DNA of 64,000 nt from Anaerolineae bacterium (GTDB lineage Bacteria; Chloroflexota; Anaerolineae; 4572-78). Shown here in pieces: positions 49,546 to 57,676 of the stretch. A program made the translations under genes and the position numbers. How positions within the stretch are numbered: position 1 is the first letter of the stretch; every line of letters starts with the position of its first letter. The notes beneath the pieces are model-generated. The model did no database searches and was not told where the DNA came from. It worked only from the letters and a program-made list of their open reading frames with translations. The stretch is taken from NCBI GenBank assembly GCA_965199695.1, contig OZ241372.1:3729782-3793781 (forward strand), read 5' to 3'.

Positions 49546-51132
49546 TTGCTCATCGAAGTCACCCTGTTTTTTATAAAATTAGTTTATATCATCGCCGCTT
49601 TGTGGTTGGCGGTTTATGCTTTTAATAATTGGATCTTGACTTTCATTTACTGGCGGTATCGACGACAGGTTCCCAGACTGCTAAGGTTTTCTGACGAACA
49701 ATACCACCCCGACTCACTTCCTCCGGTAACAGTACAATTGCCCATCTATAACGAAGCTGAAGTGGTGGAAAGATTAATTAAAAGTGTTATCAAACTTGAT
49801 TACCCAGCCCATTTATTACAGATTCAACTCTTAGATGATTCCACAGATCAAACGAGGCTGGTCGCTCGGTCTTTAGTCGAACAGTATCAGCATCAAGGCA
49901 TTAATATTACGTATATTCATCGTCAGGACCGAAGCGGGTTTAAGGCCGGCGCTTTGCAGAAGGGGTTAGAAACGGCCACAGGTGAATTCATCGCCATGTT
50001 TGATGCTGATTTTATCCCACCAGCCAACTATTTGCAGAAGATTATGCCCTATTTTCTTGCACGACCAAACCTTGCTTTCATTCAAACTCGCTGGGGTCAC
50101 ATCAATCCGACATATTCTTTTTTGACTGGGGCTCAGTCAGTCGCTTTGGATGGACACTTTGGGATTGAACAGGTGGCCCGTAATCGAAGCGGGTTGATGA
50201 TCAATTTTAATGGCACGGGAGGCGTGTGGCGCCTAGTGGCTATTCAAGATGTGGGTGGATGGCAAGGAGAAACAGTTTCTGAGGATTTGGATCTTAGTTA
50301 TCGTGTTCAATTAAAAGGTTGGGATTGTCTTTATATTCGTGATGTGGTTGCCCCGGCTGAACTGCCCCCCCAATTGGCGGCTTTTAAACGCCAACAATAC
50401 CGTTGGGCTAAAGGTTCCATCCAATGCTTGAAAAAACTAGGCCAGTCCCTGCTTCAATCTGATCAATCAGTTTGGGTAAAATATCAAGCACTGCTCTATC
50501 TTACAGGCTACTTAATCCACCCCTTAATGATTATTCTGTTGCTCGTATCATTATCCCTAATTTTACAAGGTCAATCAGTGGTTTTTCCTTTGGCTTATTT
50601 AACTATTTTGAGTTTTGCGCCACCTACCCTTTTTATTGTTGGTATTTTTTCTTTATATGGCCGTCAAGCCCTCAAACGTCTCAGGTATTTACCCATCTTA
50701 ATTTTATTAGGCTCTGGGATCGCCTTAAATAATACAAAAGCCATCTTTGAGGCTATATTGGGGGTAGAAAATACCTTTCGCCGTACGCCTAAGTTCAACA
50801 TTGAATGTAAAACAGATCAATGGCAACAAAGTTCTTATAAGCTTTGGGCGGATAAGTTGATTTTTTTTGAAGTAGGTCTAAGTCTTTATGCGGTAATCAC
50901 AGCCATAGCCGCTTTACAAAGCGAAAATTATTTAGCCATTCCCTTTATTATGTTGTATGCGCTGAGTTTTAGCTATGTCGGTGGCTTGGGTCTTTGGGAA
51001 ATGCAAGGTGACATTCGTTTGTGGGTTAAATATTTCTTCAAAAGAAAGTCACCTTCTAAACCAGTGTCTGAGAAACGAGCTTCCTATGAGTATTCGAGAC
51101 CTTCAAGGTTCTCGTCTAACCCGAAGGGTTAG
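49546..51132 (+). CDS. processive family-2 glycosyltransferase (cellulose/chitin-synthase-like)
   Basis: Motifs DDSTD, FDADF and QQYRWAKG (QxxRW), with N- and C-terminal TM helices. Start is uncertain: TTG 49546 after GGAGG is proposed; the track gives TTG 49441. Confidence 0.8.
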   Translation: MLIEVTLFFIKLVYIIAALWLAVYAFNNWILTFIYWRYRRQVPRLLRFSDEQYHPDSLPPVTVQLPIYNEAEVVERLIKSVIKLDYPAHLLQIQLLDDSTDQTRLVARSLVEQYQHQGINITYIHRQDRSGFKAGALQKGLETATGEFIAMFDADFIPPANYLQKIMPYFLARPNLAFIQTRWGHINPTYSFLTGAQSVALDGHFGIEQVARNRSGLMINFNGTGGVWRLVAIQDVGGWQGETVSEDLDLSYRVQLKGWDCLYIRDVVAPAELPPQLAAFKRQQYRWAKGSIQCLKKLGQSLLQSDQSVWVKYQALLYLTGYLIHPLMIILLLVSLSLILQGQSVVFPLAYLTILSFAPPTLFIVGIFSLYGRQALKRLRYLPILILLGSGIALNNTKAIFEAILGVENTFRRTPKFNIECKTDQWQQSSYKLWADKLIFFEVGLSLYAVITAIAALQSENYLAIPFIMLYALSFSYVGGLGLWEMQGDIRLWVKYFFKRKSPSKPVSEKRASYEYSRPSRFSSNPKG

Positions 51133-51145
51133 ATCTAACCCAAAA

Positions 51146-51502
51146 TTACTCCGCCATAAGCAACCGACCAGTCAATACGCCGCTGTCATCTTTATAAAAA
51201 TTACGTACCTGAACATCTCCCTCTACGCGACCTGTGCCTAAAATTTCTAAATGGCCTCGGGCATAAATGGTTCCTGTTACTTCGCCTGAGACAGAGACAT
51301 GTTCAGCCATGATTTTCGCCGCGACACGAGCATACGGAGCGACAACGACATTGCCAACAGTCTCAATCACGCCGCCTTCACAGAAACCTTCAATAATCAC
51401 GTTACCATCGCATTTGAGATGACCGTTAAAACTGGTGTTACCGCCGATGATGGTTTCTACTTTGTCTACTGTTAATTTTTTTGGTCTGGGTCGTCTGAAC
51501 AC
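51146..51502 (-). CDS. bactofilin family cytoskeletal protein
   Basis: Bactofilin/DUF583 beta-helical repeats (IIGGNTSFNGHLKCDGNVIIEG...GEVTGTIYARG...). GTG at 51502 after GAAGGA is proposed. Confidence 0.75.
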   Translation of the reverse strand: MFRRPRPKKLTVDKVETIIGGNTSFNGHLKCDGNVIIEGFCEGGVIETVGNVVVAPYARVAAKIMAEHVSVSGEVTGTIYARGHLEILGTGRVEGDVQVRNFYKDDSGVLTGRLLMAE

Positions 51503-51594
51503 GATTTCCTTCTCTGTAAATAGATTTTGCAGAACTATGTTATGCAGTATAGTCAAGGTAGGCTAAAAGTCAATGTTATGAGGATATCTATTCG

Positions 51595-53364
51595 ATGAAA
51601 ACAGGCCTGGGTCTGATACTATTAACGATATTTATTTTAAATTTATCAGCTTGCTCGATCCCTTTCTTTGCTTCAGAGCCATCCATACCAACCCCAACGC
51701 CAACGCTATTGCCGCCTTTGGCGAGAGCCATCGATATCAGCCCTCAGGCAATTATTGTTTCTATTCCTATTGACCCACCCAGTTTTAATGCTTATCTCAA
51801 CAATACTGGCTATGAAGAGTTAATCGGTGAATTAGTCTTTGGAGCCTTAGTCGATATTGGGCCAGATGGACAGTATTATCCTAAATTAGCTACAGAAGTA
51901 CCAACACTGGAAAATGGAGGCCTTAGTCCAGATGGCCTGACAGTAACTTGGCATTTGCGTCCTGGCCTGATGTGGAGCGATGGCGTTCCCTTCACCTCCC
52001 GCGATATTCATTTTACCTGGGAGTCTTTACGCAACAGTGGGTTGAATATACCTGGGGAGGATAGACGAGGCATCTATGCGCCTGGATTTGATCTTATTAC
52101 GGGCATAGAAAGACCGGATGACTATACAGTGATCTTACAATATCGTGAGTTTTATCCTAATTATGTGCTTCAATTTGGTGGCGAGGGAAAAGGGGTTTTG
52201 CCAGCCCATCAATGTGGTGGTGTTAGTGATATGTTATTTTGGGATTGCAACTTTGATCCAGTGAGCATTGGCCCTTTTACGCTAGCTGAATGGATACCTG
52301 GCCAACGTCTTGTTTTTAATCCTAATCCAACTTATTGGCAAGCGCATCGTCCCTTAAGCGAACAACTTATTTTTGTCATTGAAACAGACGAAAGGCGGCG
52401 AGAGCGTCAACTAAGGCAAGGTAATACACACCTTGATCTGTGGCCAGAAGAACCTCAGTTAAGCAATTTAGCTGAAGATGAGCGGATCCTTGTTCAAGCC
52501 ACGAATCCGCCGCGCTTTATGTTACAACTTGTGCCTAATTTGAGCCGTTTTGGAACAGCAGATCCAGCTCAACCTCACCCCCTCTTCGCTGATGTTCGCG
52601 TTCGGCGGGCCATTCGTCAAGCAATTAATGTGCCTTTATTGATTAGGGATGTTTTTAATCATCGAGCGGTTTTGGCTGATACTGAATTGCTTCGGCATGG
52701 GTGTCCTGTACCTGCCATTCGTTATGAGCCGGCGGCAGCCAAGCAAACCTTGATTGAGGCTGGTTGGGTTAACTTTGAAGGGCAGGGCATTAGGCAGTGT
52801 CAAGGCTGTCTACATGCCTCTGAAGGAAGTTTTTTTGCCTTTGAAAGCTATCATTATGCTGAATTTGGTGAATCGCTTTTGGAGGCTCATCGCCAAATGC
52901 AACAAATGCTGCTTGATGTAGGGATCGACATGCAGATTAAATCTGTCGAAGGGACTGAATTGTGGGACACCTGGACAGCCAAAGGCTTAGAAATACGCGG
53001 AAATTTCCATTTGAATTTATGGGATGATGGCTATTTTGGCGTGGAGCCAACCGACTTTCTTTATGACCTCTACGACCCCCGGACTATTCCAACGCGAAAT
53101 GATCCTCTAGCAGGATTAAATGTTACCCGCTATCGTAATCCTGAGCTTGTGACGATTTTTGATGCCTTAGGTACACCTCTTCGTATAGCGCAAAGAGAAC
53201 AATATTTTTGCCAAATTGCCAATATTTTGGCTGAAGATTTACCAACCATTCCCCTCTTAGCTTTACCTGACTATTACGCCATTCATCGTCGTTTGCAAGG
53301 AATTTCGCCCCATATTTATGATACCATTACTTGGAACGCAGAGGATTGGATTTTGATAGAATGA
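51595..53364 (+). CDS. ABC transporter substrate-binding lipoprotein, family 5
   Basis: Lipobox LNLSAC and SBP_bac_5 architecture. Confidence 0.8.
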   Translation: MKTGLGLILLTIFILNLSACSIPFFASEPSIPTPTPTLLPPLARAIDISPQAIIVSIPIDPPSFNAYLNNTGYEELIGELVFGALVDIGPDGQYYPKLATEVPTLENGGLSPDGLTVTWHLRPGLMWSDGVPFTSRDIHFTWESLRNSGLNIPGEDRRGIYAPGFDLITGIERPDDYTVILQYREFYPNYVLQFGGEGKGVLPAHQCGGVSDMLFWDCNFDPVSIGPFTLAEWIPGQRLVFNPNPTYWQAHRPLSEQLIFVIETDERRRERQLRQGNTHLDLWPEEPQLSNLAEDERILVQATNPPRFMLQLVPNLSRFGTADPAQPHPLFADVRVRRAIRQAINVPLLIRDVFNHRAVLADTELLRHGCPVPAIRYEPAAAKQTLIEAGWVNFEGQGIRQCQGCLHASEGSFFAFESYHYAEFGESLLEAHRQMQQMLLDVGIDMQIKSVEGTELWDTWTAKGLEIRGNFHLNLWDDGYFGVEPTDFLYDLYDPRTIPTRNDPLAGLNVTRYRNPELVTIFDALGTPLRIAQREQYFCQIANILAEDLPTIPLLALPDYYAIHRRLQGISPHIYDTITWNAEDWILIE

Positions 53365-53437
53365 AGCAAAGTGGCAAGATGGCAAAGTAATGTTTATTTG
53401 GTTTTTCTATTTTTATTTTTTCATTCTGTGCTTTACT

Positions 53438-54637
53438 TCATTCCTGCTGAGACGGCTTTTTTCGCCAGACAAGGTAAAAGACGAATGAAAATAAAACAAC
53501 TGTCACAAGCAAGGTGATAATCGGTATCCAGCGTAAGGTGAAATGTTCTTCAGTGGGAGGTAAAAGGGATTGAGGGTCTTCTGACTGTAAAGTTGATGTC
53601 AGGCTGGGCACAGGCGTTAAAACAGCCTCAGCGACTGTGATAGGGGTTGGGCTGGGTAATGCAGTGGGTTTCGTTGTTGGAGGAGCAGGTTTAGAAGTAC
53701 TTGTCGGGACAAATGTACTCGTTGGTGTAGATGCGTCCGTCGGTGAAGGGGTGCCTGTTGGTGAAGACGCGGCAGGGTGTGTAGCTAATGCCATCAGATT
53801 AGTTTGATTAGGTGCAGTTTGACCCTCAGCGACATCTGCTTCTATAGCTATATCTTGGTCAGGTTCCGCCTCCTCAGATTCATTGACCATCAGAGCCTGT
53901 CTTTTGTTTGTATTAGGCGGAGATTCAGCTTGTTCATCAGAAGGCATGTCTGTATCTGCCGTCTCAGTGTTTACGACTGGGCCCATGGCTATTGGAGTCA
54001 TCGTCGGTAGAGACTGGGGCGCAATATTTGCTTCTATTTGCCCCTCGTCTTCTGCCACGCTTTTACCCTCTGCTCTAGCCCCATCATCTGCCATAGCTTC
54101 TGCCTCTGGTCTATCATCTACTATTTCCTCGGCCCTACTTTTCGCTATAGGTTTTTCTGCGCTCTCTTCAGATGCCAAAGCCTCATCTGCTGCCATCGAT
54201 TCTTGTTGAACGCTTTCCTCGACTGGTACCATCGCCACCATCGACAATGTTTCTTGCGTGGAGATGCGCCAGAAAACACCACCGATAATCACTAAGGCTA
54301 TCAAAGCAACAAGCCCACCCCACATTGGCTTAAATAAGGTGAACCAAGACCCCTGAAGTGATTTTTTTGGCCTGAGACCAGCATCGGTTTCTGTCAAGGT
54401 GAAGGGACGCAGAGAAGGAATCTTTGGTAATTCTTGTAAAAGAGCGACGGTCTGACGCAAATTATGTAACTCCTGTTGTAATTCAGGGACTTCAGATAAA
54501 ATACGTTCCACAAAAGCCTGCTCTGTTAAGCTTACCTCATTGTCTAAGTAAGGCGATAGTAACTTACGTGCTTCTTCTATTTGTTTATGAATATCAGGTT
54601 CGTGTGAATTCATCATGTCATTGAGAATGTTTATCAA
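53438..54637 (-). CDS. anti-sigma factor: Cys-less RskA-like N-domain, TM, acidic/PT-rich extracytoplasmic region, C-terminal TM + RKK tail
   Basis: N-terminus ...LSPYLDNEVSLTEQAFVERIL... (anti-sigma-like), TM1 WGGLVALIALVIIGGVFW, and C-terminus PPTEEHFTLRW-IPIITLLVTVVLFSFVFYLVW-RKK. Lies directly downstream of the ECF sigma gene. Confidence 0.55.
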   Translation of the reverse strand: MINILNDMMNSHEPDIHKQIEEARKLLSPYLDNEVSLTEQAFVERILSEVPELQQELHNLRQTVALLQELPKIPSLRPFTLTETDAGLRPKKSLQGSWFTLFKPMWGGLVALIALVIIGGVFWRISTQETLSMVAMVPVEESVQQESMAADEALASEESAEKPIAKSRAEEIVDDRPEAEAMADDGARAEGKSVAEDEGQIEANIAPQSLPTMTPIAMGPVVNTETADTDMPSDEQAESPPNTNKRQALMVNESEEAEPDQDIAIEADVAEGQTAPNQTNLMALATHPAASSPTGTPSPTDASTPTSTFVPTSTSKPAPPTTKPTALPSPTPITVAEAVLTPVPSLTSTLQSEDPQSLLPPTEEHFTLRWIPIITLLVTVVLFSFVFYLVWRKKPSQQE

Positions 54638-54671
54638 AGCTTCAGTCCAAACCCCCTGAAGCCATTGATCC

Positions 54672-55262
54672 TTATTGTCTGAGACGGTAAGGCTGCGGTA
54701 AAAGTTCCTGATCTTTCAAGGCATCCCGCAGCTTGCGTCGCGCACGGCTTAAGCGCGACTTAACCGTTCCTAATGCTAAACCTGTAATTTCTGATATTTC
54801 CTGATAGCTAAACCCTTGCACATCATTGAGGACGACAATTGTCCGTTGATCTTCGGGCAATTGTGAAATAGCTTCTTGGATCATATCATGTAATTCATGC
54901 CGTAGGGCAGTCTCTTCAGGTCGTTCAGCTTGATCAATCAAATGAGGCACGTAATCCAGATCAGTTTCAGCCCCATCGGTCTCTAAAGCCTCTGTAGGTC
55001 GCCGTTGGTGGTAACGAAGGTGGTCGTAACAGGTGTTGGTCACAATGCGTAGGAGCCAACTTTTGAAAGAGCCACCTTTATAGTGCTGTATGGCCTTAAA
55101 GGCCTTAATAAACGCTTCTTGGGTAGCATCTGCTGCATAGTCACCATCGCCAATAACCCGATAGGCTACATTGTAGGCCAGGCTTTGATAGGCCATCACC
55201 AATCGGTTAAAGGCTGATAGATTTCCCTTTTGCGCTAACTGAATGGTCTCAGTTTCGGTCAT
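54672..55262 (-). CDS. ECF (sigma-70 family, group IV) RNA polymerase sigma factor
   Basis: Region 2 (FNRLVMAYQSLAYNVAYRVIGD...ATQEAFIKAF) and region 4 (SYQEISEITGLALGTVKSRLSRARRKL). Confidence 0.85.
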   Translation of the reverse strand: MTETETIQLAQKGNLSAFNRLVMAYQSLAYNVAYRVIGDGDYAADATQEAFIKAFKAIQHYKGGSFKSWLLRIVTNTCYDHLRYHQRRPTEALETDGAETDLDYVPHLIDQAERPEETALRHELHDMIQEAISQLPEDQRTIVVLNDVQGFSYQEISEITGLALGTVKSRLSRARRKLRDALKDQELLPQPYRLRQ

Positions 55263-55387
55263 AGTGGTAGGGGTAGATAGTATAGGGCGTAGAAAGGATT
55301 GTCAGTCATTGATTCTCATTACCTGACCATGCCCTACATCGTATTTGACTTAAATCAAGGTTAGGATTATACTCTACGATATCTTAG

Positions 55388-55469
55388 GCCGAAGTGGCGG
55401 AATTGGCAGACGCGCACGACTCAAACTCGTGTGGAGTAATCCGTGTGGGTTCGACTCCCACCTTCGGCA
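55388..55469 (+). tRNA. tRNA-Leu (anticodon CAA)
   Basis: Hand-folded cloverleaf: acceptor GCCGAAG/CTTCGGC, anticodon stem CACGA/TCGTG with loop CTCAAAC, T-arm GTGGG-TTCGACT-CCCAC, and a long variable arm GGA-GTAA-TCC. Confidence 0.8.
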
Positions 55470-55642
55470 TTTCGCGTGAATTTCACGGGCGAGTTCCAAG
55501 AGGAATGCCAATATTATATGTTTAAGTTGGCAAATACGCCAAGCTAGAGAGCCTGCTTCATCACACATTCGATCAGTGAAATCTGATTTGTGATGAACAA
55601 ACAGGCTTTTTTTTTGAAAAGTTATAATTGAGAAGGACAATT

Positions 55643-56728
55643 ATGAAGTCGCGGTCATCCTTTGATAAACGCATTTTAATTTTGGTGTCCATCATTCCAG
55701 TCGCTTGCCTATTTGCTATTGGGGTTGGTCTGCTAGTCACTTGGGTTGTGTTCCCCAATGTGGTGCCAGGGAATCAGATTAGTGATCTGGCTCCAGAAGA
55801 GATAGAAGAATTTGTTCGTTTGGTCGCCGCTGAATATGCTGCTGCTGACGATTTGGAAAAGGCACGTCAACGGCTGCAAGAGTTAGACATACCGCGTCCA
55901 GAGCAATACGTTGCCTTTTTAGCGGATCGCTATATTCAAGAGGGCCGTGCTAAGGATGATACTGATCTATTAAATGTGATCAATTTGGCGCAAGCTTTGG
56001 GTACTAGTACGAATAGTATGCTGGCTTATATTTATACGCCCACCCCCTTACCGACTGCGACACCACTGCCTACCGAAACGCCAGAACTAACGTATACCCC
56101 AACGAATACGCCTGTTCCGACAGAGACCCCTATTCCAGAAAATACAGCAACCCCCGTCCCACCTGATACGCCGACACCTGTACCTCGACCAACCCAGAGA
56201 CCTCAGCCAGTCGCTGCAAATACCCCTGTTCCACCGCCGAATACCCCGGCACCTGCTGTCGACTTTCGGGTCGCTAAGGTGAATATGCTCACGAAGCAGG
56301 AAAATGGTGGGTGTCTAGGTGCCCATCAAATTTATGTTGATGTTCTGGATGTGCATGGAGATCCTTTATTAGGGGCGAAAATTGCCGACCCCCCTTTCAA
56401 CAACTTTGTGCGAACTTCAGGCGAAAAAAATGAACCCATATTCCATTATGGCAACAAATTGGCTGAGATTGACCTTTATAAAGGGGGCGCAAAACTGGCT
56501 ATTATTGAATACCCCGAAGGCAATCCTGTGACGAGTGAACTCAGTCCCCAGTTAAGTACGAACGATTGGGAAATTCCTATCCCGTGGCTCATTCAAGCCG
56601 GATATTGTGCCAATGAAGGGGAATGTCGCGCCAAATGGAACAGCGGTGTGCCTGGGGTTGGTTCAAATTCCTTATGCTGGGGACATTATTCTTTTTACCT
56701 AGCTTTCCAAGCGACGCGTCCTTTTTAG
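55643..56728 (+). CDS. membrane-anchored protein (signal-anchor + helical domain X + PT linker + C-terminal domain Y)
   Basis: RBS GAGAAGGA before ATG 55643. TM LILVSIIPVACLFAIGVGLLV. Domain X: EEFVRLVAAEYAAADDLEKARQRLQEL. Domain Y: VDFRVAKVNMLTKQENGGCLGAHQIYVDVLD... Confidence 0.65.
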   Translation: MKSRSSFDKRILILVSIIPVACLFAIGVGLLVTWVVFPNVVPGNQISDLAPEEIEEFVRLVAAEYAAADDLEKARQRLQELDIPRPEQYVAFLADRYIQEGRAKDDTDLLNVINLAQALGTSTNSMLAYIYTPTPLPTATPLPTETPELTYTPTNTPVPTETPIPENTATPVPPDTPTPVPRPTQRPQPVAANTPVPPPNTPAPAVDFRVAKVNMLTKQENGGCLGAHQIYVDVLDVHGDPLLGAKIADPPFNNFVRTSGEKNEPIFHYGNKLAEIDLYKGGAKLAIIEYPEGNPVTSELSPQLSTNDWEIPIPWLIQAGYCANEGECRAKWNSGVPGVGSNSLCWGHYSFYLAFQATRPF

Positions 56729-56743
56729 ACTTATAAAACCCCT

Positions 56744-57658
56744 ATGCGACATGAAAGCGATTGGTGGCTCGGTGGCTTTTTGATCGGCTTCTTTGTTGGG
56801 TTGAGTCTAACGCTCATCTATGGCTGGTATTTAGACCCGCGTATACCGACGATTACGCCAGCCCAACTCGACTTAGCTGATACTGAAACGTATATTTTGC
56901 TCATCGCGGCAGCTTACCGTTCTGACCGTGATTTAGCGAAGGCCGAAGCACGATTAGCCAAATTTAAAATGGATAATGTTGTTCAGTTTATTGGAGACTT
57001 AGCTGAACACTATATCAATCAAAATGCTGATATTCATGATATTCACTCCTTGGTTGTCTTAGCTGATGGACTAGGCCAGCCTTGTGCTTTATGTCGGCTT
57101 TATCTGCCTACAGCAACATCTCACTCAATAGAGGCATTGACCACGATAGGTAGGCCTTCTACAGCCATCACGTCACCTACGCCAACTTCAACCCAAATCA
57201 GGGTTGACGAACCGATACCAAGGGCAACCTTACCCTCAGACCAACCACTTAATGACTTAAGCCCTACCCCCAATCCGACAATAACCCCACGCTCACCCAA
57301 GGCCCCCAGGGTAGACCCCCCTTTTAGACTAGCGCAATCTGTGCCTTTGTGTGATAATAGCAGCGATGCCCACTTGAGAATTTATGTGCAGGACCGTCAA
57401 GGTCAAGGTATACCAGGGATAAAAATTAACGTTCGTTGGGCGAACGGTGAGGATAGCTTTTTTACGGGCTTAAAACCGGAAATTGACTCTGGGTATGCTG
57501 ATTTTGATATGCAGCCTGATACAATTTATCAAGTTTCTCTCGGTGATTCATCCATCACCAGGGTCAAGGATATCAATCAAAATGCGAAGACCCGTTGCAC
57601 AAATTTAGCTAATGATATCAGTCCGTCTTGGCAGCTTGTCTTCCAACAAACAAACTAA
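56744..57658 (+). CDS. paralog of the 55643 gene (signal-anchor + domain X + PT linker + domain Y)
   Basis: Domain X YILLIAAAYRSDRDLAKAEARLAKF aligns with the 55643 protein. C-terminal domain Y: FRLAQSVPLCDNSSDAHLRIYVQD... Confidence 0.65.
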   Translation: MRHESDWWLGGFLIGFFVGLSLTLIYGWYLDPRIPTITPAQLDLADTETYILLIAAAYRSDRDLAKAEARLAKFKMDNVVQFIGDLAEHYINQNADIHDIHSLVVLADGLGQPCALCRLYLPTATSHSIEALTTIGRPSTAITSPTPTSTQIRVDEPIPRATLPSDQPLNDLSPTPNPTITPRSPKAPRVDPPFRLAQSVPLCDNSSDAHLRIYVQDRQGQGIPGIKINVRWANGEDSFFTGLKPEIDSGYADFDMQPDTIYQVSLGDSSITRVKDINQNAKTRCTNLANDISPSWQLVFQQTN

Positions 57659-57676
57659 TGTTGAAAAGGAAGGACG

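Noticed and set aside
55374-55640. 88-aa minus-strand ORF
   Set aside because: Overlaps the tRNA-Leu gene and the intergenic promoter region, with no coding features.
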